Source of the DNA: an uncultured Christensenella sp.
GTDB taxonomy: Bacteria > Bacillota > Clostridia > Christensenellales > UBA3700
Direction of reading: 5' to 3'
DNA length: 64,000 nucleotides
NCBI GenBank assembly: GCA_949284695.1
Contig: CASDWJ010000005.1
Location: 9,463 to 73,462 of the forward strand
Below, in pieces: positions 56,198-64,000 of the stretch. How positions within the stretch are numbered: the first letter of the stretch is position 1; each line of letters starts with the position of its first letter. The notes under the pieces were generated by a model, which worked only from the letters and a program-made list of their open reading frames with translations, was not told where the DNA came from and searched no databases. The position numbers and the translations under genes were made by a program.

Positions 56198-57643
56198 ATG
56201 TCTCAGGAGAAAAAACAGGAGATACTGCGCAACGCGGCGATACTCGGTCTGTTGTTCGTCGTTTCGGCGATAACGGTCATACTGGGTATGATGCTGACTC
56301 TGAAAAGACTCAACGTCTTCGACGAGTACGGCAAGATGATCGCCCTGACGGTCGCCACGTTCATGTTGATGGCGGTGTTTTACGTATATCTCAATTACAG
56401 TTCCAATTCGCGCGCGCTCGAGAGTATTAGCAACGGCAAGCTGGTGGCTGTGGCGTATACGGCGATAGTTATCGGCATTTTGCTGTCCTGCGCGACGGGT
56501 TCGTATCTCAGCTGGTACGCGCTCCCGCTCGCGTTCGTCTCGCTTATCGTGGGCATACTCATACGCGTCAGAGTGGGCATTATGGCTACCGTCGTGTCGG
56601 GTATGGCGGTCATGATAATCTCGCCGGCGACGGAATTTGCGGAAAATCTGCAGGCAGTCATTCCGATAGTGCTCGGCAGTTTCATCGCGATGTTGTCGGG
56701 ATTTATGATGGCGTTCCTCATTAGAAAGAGATATTCGCGCTTTAAGCTCACCTGGGGAGCGCTCATCGTCTCCCTCGCCATGATGCCGTTCAGCGCGCTC
56801 ATGACCGTTCTCTATACTCTTGACGCAAAGACGGTGCTCAACAACGCGATATTCACGGCGATGGGCAATATGCTCGCAGTCGCGGTGATCACGGCGAGCC
56901 TGCCGCTCTACGAGCGCATCTTCAACGTCTGGACGGACTTCAGATTGCAGGAACTCATCACCCTGCGCCAGCCGCTTCTCAAAAAGCTGAACGAGGAAGC
57001 GCCCGGCACGTTCAGTCACAGTATGGCGGTCGCCAATCTTGCAGAGAGCTGTGCCGTAGCGATAGGGATCAACCCGTATATGGCGCGCGCTTGCGGCTAT
57101 TTCCACGATATAGGTAAGAGCAAGAATCCGCAGTTCTTTATCGAAAATCAGAAGGACGGCTACAATCCGCACGACGAACTGATACCCGAAGTCAGCGTGA
57201 ACATGATCACTCGCCACACGACTGCGGGTTGCGAAATGCTCAAAGAAGCGCATATGCCCGACGAGATATGCAAGGCGGCGCTCGAGCACCACGGCGACAG
57301 CCCCGTCAGCTACTTCTACATGAAGGTCAAGAGCATCACCGAGGGAGACGTCGACAACAGGGAGTTCTGCTATGAGGGACCTTGCCCGACGACCAAATAC
57401 AGCGCTATAATCATGATCTGCGATATATGCGAGGCGATGTTCAGAGCCAAGCCGCCCGAGGATATCGCGGCGCTCGAAAAGGCGGTCGACGGCGTGATCA
57501 AGTCGAGACTTACCGAAGGTCAGCTCGACGACTGCGGTCTGACGATGAAAGATCTCAAACTGATAAAACAGACGATATGCCGCGCGATCCCCGCTTCAAT
57601 GCACAAGCGTATCGACTACGACAAGGCGAAGGAGAGAAGATAA
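56198..57643 (+). CDS. pgpH: 7TM-HD phosphohydrolase (PgpH-type cyclic-di-AMP phosphodiesterase), short form without the extracellular N-terminal domain
   Basis: 481 aa with 7-8 TM helices and then an HD domain (...HSMAVANLAE...YFHDIGK...). It occupies the yqfF position. Confidence 0.8.
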   Translation: MSQEKKQEILRNAAILGLLFVVSAITVILGMMLTLKRLNVFDEYGKMIALTVATFMLMAVFYVYLNYSSNSRALESISNGKLVAVAYTAIVIGILLSCATGSYLSWYALPLAFVSLIVGILIRVRVGIMATVVSGMAVMIISPATEFAENLQAVIPIVLGSFIAMLSGFMMAFLIRKRYSRFKLTWGALIVSLAMMPFSALMTVLYTLDAKTVLNNAIFTAMGNMLAVAVITASLPLYERIFNVWTDFRLQELITLRQPLLKKLNEEAPGTFSHSMAVANLAESCAVAIGINPYMARACGYFHDIGKSKNPQFFIENQKDGYNPHDELIPEVSVNMITRHTTAGCEMLKEAHMPDEICKAALEHHGDSPVSYFYMKVKSITEGDVDNREFCYEGPCPTTKYSAIIMICDICEAMFRAKPPEDIAALEKAVDGVIKSRLTEGQLDDCGLTMKDLKLIKQTICRAIPASMHKRIDYDKAKERR

Positions 57644-58125
57644 TGATATCCGTATACGACGAAGGCAGACTGCTCGAGGGAGAGATTGACCCCGACGTAC
57701 TCGACGAGATCTGGTGCGAACTTTTCGCAACCCTCGGACTGAAAGATAATTTCGAGGCGGAACTCACCGTCGTCTCAAAAGACGAGATAAAGGCGCTCAA
57801 TAAAGAGGCGAGAGGAGTGGACGCGGTAACTGACGTGCTCAGCTTCCCGACGATGAACGTCACTCTGCCGTTCGACGAGAGCGCGCATGCCGAGGACGTC
57901 GATCCCGAGACGGGCAGATACATACTGGGCGACGTCGTGCTCTGCGCAGAGAGAGCCAAGGAGCAGGCGAAAGAGTTCGGTCATTCCGTAAAGCGCGAAG
58001 TATGCTATCTCACTCTGCACGCGCTGTGTCATCTGCTCGGCTTCGATCACGAGACCGACGAGGACAAGAAGAAGATGAGAAAGGTGGAGGAGGACGTTTT
58101 GTCCGGGCTGGGGATAACCAGATAA
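57643..58125 (+). CDS. ybeY: rRNA maturation endoribonuclease YbeY
   Basis: I place the start at ATG 57643 (TAATG overlap with pgpH). ...HALCHLLGFDHE... is the zinc motif. Confidence 0.93.
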   Translation: MISVYDEGRLLEGEIDPDVLDEIWCELFATLGLKDNFEAELTVVSKDEIKALNKEARGVDAVTDVLSFPTMNVTLPFDESAHAEDVDPETGRYILGDVVLCAERAKEQAKEFGHSVKREVCYLTLHALCHLLGFDHETDEDKKKMRKVEEDVLSGLGITR

Positions 58126-58135
58126 AAAGAAAGAT

Positions 58136-58516
58136 ATGGACGCAAAGACGGCTGATATACTCAAAGAAAAGGCACGACAAGCGGCAAAGCGCGCATATTG
58201 TCCGTATTCGGGATATGCGGTGGGAGCCGCGGTGCTTGCCGACGACGGCAGGATATACGCGGGTTGCAACGTGGAGAACGCGTCTTATTCTCTGACGATG
58301 TGCGCAGAGAGGGTCGCGCTTTTCAAAGCCGTGTCGGACGGAGCGAAAAAGATAACCGCCGTCTGCGTGTATTCCGAGGGCGGCAGGATGCCGTATCCCT
58401 GCGGTGCCTGCAGACAGGCTCTCAACGAATTTTCAGAGGGTCTCGAGGTGCTCGTCAGCGACGGCAAAGAGGACGTCGCGGCGACTTTGAGCGAGCTTCT
58501 TCCTCACGGATTTTAA
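58136..58516 (+). CDS. cdd: Cytidine deaminase
   Basis: 126 aa with the CAER...PCGACRQ zinc motifs. Confidence 0.93.
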   Translation: MDAKTADILKEKARQAAKRAYCPYSGYAVGAAVLADDGRIYAGCNVENASYSLTMCAERVALFKAVSDGAKKITAVCVYSEGGRMPYPCGACRQALNEFSEGLEVLVSDGKEDVAATLSELLPHGF

Positions 58517-58602
58517 CAGAAAAAATAAGACAATATCAACACGGGCGCAAAAAAACGCTCTGTAAAAGATACGGTATCGCCGCGTTGGCGGCAGAGGTGA
58601 AA

Positions 58603-59505
58603 ATGAGATCTGGATTTATTACGATAGCGGGCAAGCCCAACGCGGGCAAATCCACGCTTACCAACGCTCTGGTCGGAGAAAAAGTCAGCATAGTATCCAA
58701 AAAGCCGCAGACTACCCGCAACAGGATGATAGGCATAGTAAACGGGGAGAAGGACGGGGAAAAGTTTCAGGCTGTCCTTGTCGACACTCCGGGCATACAC
58801 AAGCCGCGCAACATGCTGTCAGAATTTATGATGAAGAGCGTGGACGTCGCGCTCGAAGGCGTAGACGCGGTCATTTATATGATCGCCTGCGACAAGAAAC
58901 AGGACGAGTACGACGACGCGTATATCAACCGCTTCGCAAAGAGCAGAACGCCGTTCATCCTCGTGGTGAACAAGTGCGACGAAGTGGAGGAAAAGTCGAT
59001 AATCGAGAGAGTGGAGAGATATAAGGACGTGGAGGGCATAGAGGCGATCGTCCCAATATCCGCGCTAAGAGGCAAGAACGTCGATATGCTCCTCGACGTG
59101 ATATTCAAAGTTCTGCCCGAGGGCGAAGCGTTCTATGCAGACGACATGTATACTGACAGAAGTCTGAGATTTCTCTGCGCGGAAACAGTCAGAGAAAAGG
59201 CGCTCAGATACCTCGGCGACGAGGTGCCTTACGGCATAGGCGTCGCGGTCAACAAGTTCGAGGAGAGAGAGGACGGCGTCGTCGAGATAGACTGCGACGT
59301 CATCTGCGAAAAACAGGCGCACAAGTCGATCGTGATAGGAAAAGGCGGCGAGATGATCAAGAAGATCTCCACGTCCGCAAGACTGGATATGGAAAAACTC
59401 CTCGGCTCCAAAGTGTTCCTGACTCTCTACGTCAGGGTCAAACCCGACTGGCGCGACAGCAGGCTCGTCATGGGAGAGCTGGGGTACGACAAAAAGAATT
59501 TATAA
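58603..59505 (+). CDS. era: GTPase Era
   Basis: I place the start at ATG 58603 within track ORF 58198-59505. MRSGFITIAGKPNAGKSTLTNALVG...DTPG...NKCD... is followed by a C-terminal KH domain. Confidence 0.95.
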   Translation: MRSGFITIAGKPNAGKSTLTNALVGEKVSIVSKKPQTTRNRMIGIVNGEKDGEKFQAVLVDTPGIHKPRNMLSEFMMKSVDVALEGVDAVIYMIACDKKQDEYDDAYINRFAKSRTPFILVVNKCDEVEEKSIIERVERYKDVEGIEAIVPISALRGKNVDMLLDVIFKVLPEGEAFYADDMYTDRSLRFLCAETVREKALRYLGDEVPYGIGVAVNKFEEREDGVVEIDCDVICEKQAHKSIVIGKGGEMIKKISTSARLDMEKLLGSKVFLTLYVRVKPDWRDSRLVMGELGYDKKNL

Positions 59506-59567
59506 AAAAATCCGTTTTCGGCGTATAATAATTTTTACGTTACGCATACCAGTTTCGGAAGGTGAAC

Positions 59568-59669
59568 ATGCAGGATTTAAAGACGACCTTGAAAAGACTT
59601 TTCGAAACGACGGGAGAGCCGGGGTGCTATATGCTGCTCAAGGCTCTCGAAAAGAGAAAAGACGAATAA
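59568..59669 (+). CDS. yqzL: YqzL-like small protein (33 aa, below the ORF-track cutoff)
   Basis: Own translation gives MQDLKTTLKRLFETTGEPGCYMLLKALEKRKDE. SD GGAAGGTG is present. It lies between era and recO, where yqzL sits in B. subtilis, and it shows the F..TG....Y.L.K..E pattern. Confidence 0.55.
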   Translation: MQDLKTTLKRLFETTGEPGCYMLLKALEKRKDE

Positions 59670-59732
59670 AAGGCGACGTTCGCGTCAATTTGCTTTTGCA
59701 AACGGGACGGGATAAGCCAAAGAGGTACGGCT

Positions 59733-60269
59733 TTGGATGTTGTGAGTATTGACGGCCTCTGTATAAGGACCACCGATTACAGAGAAGGCGACAAACTTAT
59801 CACCTTATATTGTGCGGAGAAGGGTAAGATAACCGCGACGGCAAAAGGCGTGAAGAGCGCTAAAGCCAAGCTGAAATTTTGCGCTTCTCCTTTTTGCTTC
59901 GGCAAATACCAGCTCGCCGCGAAAAACGGCAGATACACGGTGGCGGGTTGCGACGTTTACGACGGCTTTTTCCCTCTGACTGCCGATATAGAAAAATTCT
60001 ATGCGGGCGGTTGCGTGCTCGAGGTGCTTGACAAGACCGCGCCCGAAGGCGATTTCAACGGCGAACTCTTTACCGCCGCGCTCAGGACGCTCAACGCGCT
60101 GTGTTACGGCGACGAGGAAGCGAAAGCCGTACTGCGCGCTTTTCTCAAAGAAGCGGTCTCGGCGCTCGGCTTCGGCGACAAGGACGGCAGTCTCACGGAT
60201 TTTGCGCGTTATTTTTCTTCTTCTCTGGGCGTCAGGCTCAATTCTCTGAACGAATTCGTCAGATTGTAA
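59733..60269 (+). CDS. recO: DNA repair protein RecO, short form (178 aa)
   Basis: ...IRTTDYREGDKLITLYCAEKGKITATAKGVKSAKAKL... forms the RecO OB fold. The TTG start lies 7 nt after AAAGAGG. It lacks the Cys zinc-finger segment. Confidence 0.8.
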   Translation: MDVVSIDGLCIRTTDYREGDKLITLYCAEKGKITATAKGVKSAKAKLKFCASPFCFGKYQLAAKNGRYTVAGCDVYDGFFPLTADIEKFYAGGCVLEVLDKTAPEGDFNGELFTAALRTLNALCYGDEEAKAVLRAFLKEAVSALGFGDKDGSLTDFARYFSSSLGVRLNSLNEFVRL

Positions 60270-60319
60270 GCCTTGCTTCCCGCAAGACGGGCGGGCGCGT
60301 TATTGTACGGTTTTGACGC

Positions 60320-60345
60320 ATATACGCGTGAATTTGCGCGTATAT
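60320..60345. promoter_or_regulatory. 9-bp inverted repeat ATATACGCG-N8-CGCGTATAT between recO and the ppdK promoter
   Basis: Read directly from the sequence. A T-rich tract follows only after 5 nt (TATTATTATTTTTT). It could be the recO terminator or an operator. Confidence 0.35.
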
Positions 60346-60367
60346 TATTATTTTTTCGGTTTTTCAC

Positions 60368-60396
60368 TTGAAAAAATTTCCTCTATATTGTATCAT
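60368..60396 (+). promoter_or_regulatory. Candidate sigma-A promoter of ppdK
   Basis: TTGAAA (60368-60373), 17 nt, TATCAT (60391-60396). Confidence 0.5.
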
Positions 60397-60426
60397 ATTG
60401 TTGAAGTTTACAACAGGAGGTTTGAT

Positions 60427-63096
60427 ATGACAAAATATGTCTATTTGTTCAAAGAAGCCGACGGCGACAACAAGGCGTTGTTTGGCGGAAAAGGTGCAAA
60501 TCTGGCAAAGATGACGAGTTGGGGCATGCCTGTTCCGGAAGGCTTCACCATCACTACCGAGGCTTGTACCAAATATTACGACGACGGCGAAAAGATCTCT
60601 CAGGATATCATCGACCAGATCTTCGACGCGCTCGCAAAAGTCGAAAAAGAGGCCGGCAAAAAGTTCGGCGACGAGGAAAATCCGTTCCTCGTGTCCGTCC
60701 GTTCGGGTGCAAGAGCATCCATGCCCGGTATGATGGATACCATCCTCAACCTCGGTCTCAACGATGTTTCCGTCAAGGGTCTCGCAAGAAAGACTCAAAA
60801 CCCGCGTTTCGCTTACGACTGCTACCGCAGATTCATACAGATGTTCTCGGACGTCGTCATGGGTTCTCCCAAGAGCTCTTTCGAGAAGATCATCGACGAG
60901 CTCAAGCACGAGAAGGGCGTGACTCAGGATACAGAGCTCACCGCCGAGGATCTGCAGGAACTCATAGCTAAATTCAAGAGATTCTACAAAGAGGATCAGG
61001 GAGACGATTTCCCGCAGGATCCCAAGGTTCAGCTTATAGAAGCGGTCAAGGCGGTTTTCCGCAGCTGGAACAACCCGCGCGCTATCGTATACCGCCGCAT
61101 GAACGACATCCCCGGCAGCTGGGGCACCGCGGTCAACGTCCAGTCGATGGTATTCGGCAATATGGGCGACACTTCCGGTACCGGCGTTGCGTTTACCCGT
61201 GACCCGTCCACCGGCGAGAAGAAACTTTACGGCGAGTACCTGATGAACGCTCAGGGCGAAGACGTCGTCGCAGGTATCCGCACCCCGATGAAGATCGACC
61301 AGCTCAAGGAGTCCAACAGAGAAGTTTACGATCAGTTCGTGGCGATCGCCAACCGTCTCGAGCAGGAAAACAAGGATATGCAGGATATGGAGTTCACCAT
61401 TGAACAGGGCAAACTCTATATGCTCCAGACCAGAAACGGCAAGAGGACCGCAAGAGCGGCTATCAAGATCGCTTGCGACCTCGTCGACGAAGGCATGATC
61501 ACCAAGCAGGAAGCTCTCCTCAAGATCGAGCCCAAACAGCTCGACGCGCTTCTGCACCCGACTTTCGATCCCGCGACCCTCAAGAAGGTCAAGGAGATCT
61601 CGAGCGGACTCCCGGCTTCTCCGGGCGCGGCTTGCGGCAAGATCGCGTTCAGCGCAGAAGAAGCGGTCGAAAGAGCCAAGAACGGCGAAAAGGTCGTCCT
61701 CGTCAGACTCGAGACCTCTCCCGAGGACATCGAGGGTATGTACGCGGCAGAAGGCGTGCTCACCGCAAGAGGCGGCATGACCTCCCACGCGGCGGTCGTC
61801 GCAAGAGGTATGGGCGCGTGCTGTGTCGCAGGTTGCCCCGACCTTAAGATAGACGAAGAAAAGAAAGTGCTTTACATCTGCGGCAAGAAGTTCACGACCG
61901 AGGACTATCTGTCTCTCGACGGCTCCACGGGTAAGATTTACGCAGAAAAGCTCCCCACTCAGCAGGCGAGCGTTACCGGCGACTTTGCAAAGATCATGGA
62001 TTGGGCAGACCTCAACCGCGCTTTGCAGGTGCGCACCAACGCAGATACTCCGCACGACGCAGAAGTCGCTGTCGGCTTCGGCGCAGAAGGTATCGGCCTC
62101 TGCCGTACCGAGCACATGTTCTTCGCTGAAGACAGGATCCCCGCAGTCAGAGAGATGATCGTCTCCAAGACCGAGACCGAGAGAAGAAGGGCGCTCGACA
62201 AACTCCTGCCCATGCAGAGAGGAGACTTCGAGGGGCTCTACAAAGCTCTCAAGGGCAGACCCGTTACCATCCGCTTCCTGGATCCGCCGCTCCACGAGTT
62301 CGTTCCGCACAAGGACGAGGAGATCGCAGATCTCGCCAAGACGATGGGTCTCACGTTCGAGGAGCTCAAGCAGACCGTCGAAGGACTGCACGAGTTCAAC
62401 CCGATGATGGGTCACAGAGGTTGCCGTCTCAGCGTTACCTATCCCGAGATTGCAGAGATGCAGACCAGAGCGGTCATCGAAGCGGCGATCAACGTCAGCA
62501 AGAGCGAAGGCTTCAGCGTTATCCCCGAGATCATGATCCCGCTCGTCGGCGACGTGAAAGAGCTCAAGTACGTCAAAGACGTAGTCGTAGCTACCGCAGA
62601 GAAGGTCCTCAAAGAGAACAACATCGCAATGGAATATCACATCGGTACGATGATCGAGATCCCGAGAGCGGCTCTCACCGCAGACGAGATCGCGAAAGAG
62701 GCGGAGTTCTTCTCTTTCGGTACCAACGACCTGACTCAGATGACCTACGGCTTCTCGCGTGACGACGCAGGCAAGTTCCTCAACGAGTATTACGCCAAGA
62801 AGATATTCGAGTCAGATCCGTTCGCTAAGCTCGACCAGGTCGGCGTAGGCAGACTCATGCAGATCGCCATCGCAGGCGGCAAGAAGACCAGACCCGACAT
62901 CAAACTGGGTATCTGCGGCGAACACGGCGGCGATCCGTCGACGATCGAGTTCTGCCACAACATCGGTCTTACCTACGTGTCCTGCTCGCCGTTCCGCGTG
63001 CCTATTGCAAGACTCGCGGCAGCTCAGGCTAACATCCTCAACCCGAGAGTCAAGAAGACCAAGGCAGACGGCACCAGATACATTCAGGAGAACTGA
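60427..63096 (+). CDS. ppdK: Pyruvate, phosphate dikinase
   Basis: I place the start at ATG 60427, after AGGAGG. MTKYVYLFKEADGDNKALFGGKGANLAKM..., the catalytic His region GGMTSHAAVVARGMG, and a C-terminal PEP-utilising domain are present. Confidence 0.97.
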   Translation: MTKYVYLFKEADGDNKALFGGKGANLAKMTSWGMPVPEGFTITTEACTKYYDDGEKISQDIIDQIFDALAKVEKEAGKKFGDEENPFLVSVRSGARASMPGMMDTILNLGLNDVSVKGLARKTQNPRFAYDCYRRFIQMFSDVVMGSPKSSFEKIIDELKHEKGVTQDTELTAEDLQELIAKFKRFYKEDQGDDFPQDPKVQLIEAVKAVFRSWNNPRAIVYRRMNDIPGSWGTAVNVQSMVFGNMGDTSGTGVAFTRDPSTGEKKLYGEYLMNAQGEDVVAGIRTPMKIDQLKESNREVYDQFVAIANRLEQENKDMQDMEFTIEQGKLYMLQTRNGKRTARAAIKIACDLVDEGMITKQEALLKIEPKQLDALLHPTFDPATLKKVKEISSGLPASPGAACGKIAFSAEEAVERAKNGEKVVLVRLETSPEDIEGMYAAEGVLTARGGMTSHAAVVARGMGACCVAGCPDLKIDEEKKVLYICGKKFTTEDYLSLDGSTGKIYAEKLPTQQASVTGDFAKIMDWADLNRALQVRTNADTPHDAEVAVGFGAEGIGLCRTEHMFFAEDRIPAVREMIVSKTETERRRALDKLLPMQRGDFEGLYKALKGRPVTIRFLDPPLHEFVPHKDEEIADLAKTMGLTFEELKQTVEGLHEFNPMMGHRGCRLSVTYPEIAEMQTRAVIEAAINVSKSEGFSVIPEIMIPLVGDVKELKYVKDVVVATAEKVLKENNIAMEYHIGTMIEIPRAALTADEIAKEAEFFSFGTNDLTQMTYGFSRDDAGKFLNEYYAKKIFESDPFAKLDQVGVGRLMQIAIAGGKKTRPDIKLGICGEHGGDPSTIEFCHNIGLTYVSCSPFRVPIARLAAAQANILNPRVKKTKADGTRYIQEN

Positions 63097-63123
63097 TAAA
63101 GTCGGTTTGCATTAAAAAATCCA

Positions 63124-63157
63124 CGACCGCTATCCGCAAGGGTAGCGGTTGTTTTTT
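63124..63157 (+). terminator. Rho-independent terminator after ppdK
   Basis: ACCGCTA...TAGCGGT stem with an inner CC/GG extension, followed by TTGTTTTTT. Confidence 0.7.
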
Positions 63158-63345
63158 GTCGCAAAAAATTCGTTATCGATAAAAATCAACGCAAAACGCG
63201 ACGCGTAAAAAGTGCGGAGTGTCATCGCGTAAAAAACATAAACCGCCGACACATAAAGAACGCTGGTCGCAGACAAGCAAAAACTGCGCGTTTCCGATCG
63301 GGTATGCCACAGTCAGGGAGCTCAGAGCGAGTGTTTGAAAAAACA

Positions 63346-63359
63346 CGAACAAATGTTTG
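63346..63359. promoter_or_regulatory. LexA (SOS / Cheo) box overlapping the dinB -35
   Basis: CGAACAAATGTTTG matches the Bacillota consensus CGAAC-N4-GTTCG at 13/14 positions. Confidence 0.6.
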
Positions 63360-63385
63360 CATTTTTCATATATATATAGTATCAT
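63357..63385 (+). promoter_or_regulatory. dinB promoter with the -10 only 6 nt from the ATG (leaderless candidate)
   Basis: TTGCAT (63357-63362), 17 nt, TATCAT (63380-63385), then ATAGAT and ATG 63392. No SD is present. Confidence 0.5.
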
Positions 63386-63391
63386 ATAGAT

Positions 63392-64000
63392 ATGAAAACG
63401 ATCCTGCATTGCGATGCCAACAACTTTTACGCTTCGGTGGAGTGCTTTCTCAATCCCGCGCTGAGAGGGAAGTTCGTCGCCGTCTCGGGCAATCCCGAGA
63501 AACGGCACGGGATAATCCTCGCTAAAAATCAGGCGGCAAAGAAAATGGGAGTCAAGACGGGGGAGACGATATGGCAGGCGAGGCAGAAGTGCCCGGATCT
63601 TGTCTGCGTGCCGCCGCATTTCGACACCTACGTTGAGTTCAGCAACCGCATTTTCGACATATATTCTCAGTATACCGACCGCGTTCAGCCGTTCGGTATC
63701 GACGAGTGCTGGCTTGACGTGACGGGATCGAAAAGGCTTTTCGGCGACGGCAGGACTATCGCCGATACGCTGAGGGAAAGGATAAAAAAGGAGATAGGCA
63801 TCACCATATCGGTCGGGGTGTCGTTTACAAAGGTGTTTGCCAAGCTGGGCAGCGATATGAAAAAGCCCGACGCGACCACGGTGATCACGCCCGACAACTA
63901 TAAAGAACTGGTCTGGAAGCTTGACTGCGGCGATCTGCTGATGATAGGCAGAAAGACGGCTGAAAAACTGCATAAAATAGGGATCTTCACGATAGGAGAT
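63392..64000 (+). CDS. dinB: DNA polymerase IV (Y-family). N-terminal 203 codons; the gene continues past the window end.
   Basis: Own translation gives MKTILHCDANNFYASVECFLNPALRGKFVAVSGNPEKRHGIILAKNQAAKKMGVKTGE...FGIDECWLDVTG...SVGVSFTKVFAKLGSDMKKPD. It is absent from the ORF track because there is no stop in the window. Confidence 0.9.
   Translation, partial: MKTILHCDANNFYASVECFLNPALRGKFVAVSGNPEKRHGIILAKNQAAKKMGVKTGETIWQARQKCPDLVCVPPHFDTYVEFSNRIFDIYSQYTDRVQPFGIDECWLDVTGSKRLFGDGRTIADTLRERIKKEIGITISVGVSFTKVFAKLGSDMKKPDATTVITPDNYKELVWKLDCGDLLMIGRKTAEKLHKIGIFTIGD

Noticed and set aside
63173-63973. A 266-aa minus-strand ORF at the window end.
   Set aside because: It is antisense to the clear DNA polymerase IV N-terminal coding sequence that starts at 63392.
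1-64000. Window-wide look for rRNA, tRNA, tmRNA, RNase P or SRP RNA, CRISPR arrays, IS elements, integrases, phage genes, toxin-antitoxin systems and known defence systems.
   Set aside because: I found no cloverleaf-like tRNA sequences, no spaced direct-repeat arrays, no transposase or recombinase-like ORFs, and no long terminal inverted repeats. All intergenic regions longer than 150 bp were read on both strands. They contain only promoters, terminators and the short repeats listed above. A covariance-model scan (tRNAscan-SE, Infernal) would be needed to be definitive.

Overview
This 64-kb segment reads like core chromosome of a spore-forming Bacillota, probably Clostridia-like, judged by gene content and synteny only. 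I call about 65 protein genes, roughly 90% on the + strand.

Most genes fall in housekeeping blocks syntenic with B. subtilis:
- ylbJ-tmcAL, pta-ackA and rpmF
- plsX-rnc-smc-ftsY-ylxM-ffh-rpsP-khpA-rimM-trmD-(DUF1292)-rbgA-rnhB-yraN-rplS
- comM-dprA-topA-trmFO-hslVU, followed directly by hisS-aspS-tcdA
- trxA, glyA, iscR-nifS-nifU, lepA-hemW, pepF and dnaB
- the yqf block: yqfC-yqfD-phoH-pgpH-ybeY-cdd-era-yqzL-recO
- ppdK and the 5' part of dinB

Many junctions are 1-4 nt start/stop overlaps (ATGA or TAATG), which suggests translational coupling. I found no rRNA, tRNA, CRISPR array, transposase or integrase, prophage, or recognisable defence or toxin system. I cannot honestly point to a clear novel multi-gene system.

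The only accessory-looking stretch is about 43.5-50.3 kb. It holds small zinc-ribbon and membrane proteins, a GNAT, a membrane M28 peptidase, three tandem paralogous lipoproteins of a family I do not recognise, and an orphan PTS-EIIC_2-like protein.

Other points worth a second look:
- a lipoprotein with a CBM-like domain fused to a GT-C-like membrane protein (19.5-21.7 kb)
- a recurring leaderless layout (-10 hexamer, 6 nt, ATG) at dinB (with a LexA box), at one lipoprotein paralog, and possibly at a membrane protein
- a perfect 20-bp CodY-box-like palindrome in the pta-ackA leader
- a long structured leader upstream of a CMD-cupin operon
- a repeat-containing acidic tail on DnaB
- several departures from canonical synteny

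The many very long Arg/Val/Leu-rich ORFs antisense to or out of frame with conserved genes are treated as artefacts. All homology calls come from recognising motifs in the translated ORFs. No database search was run.
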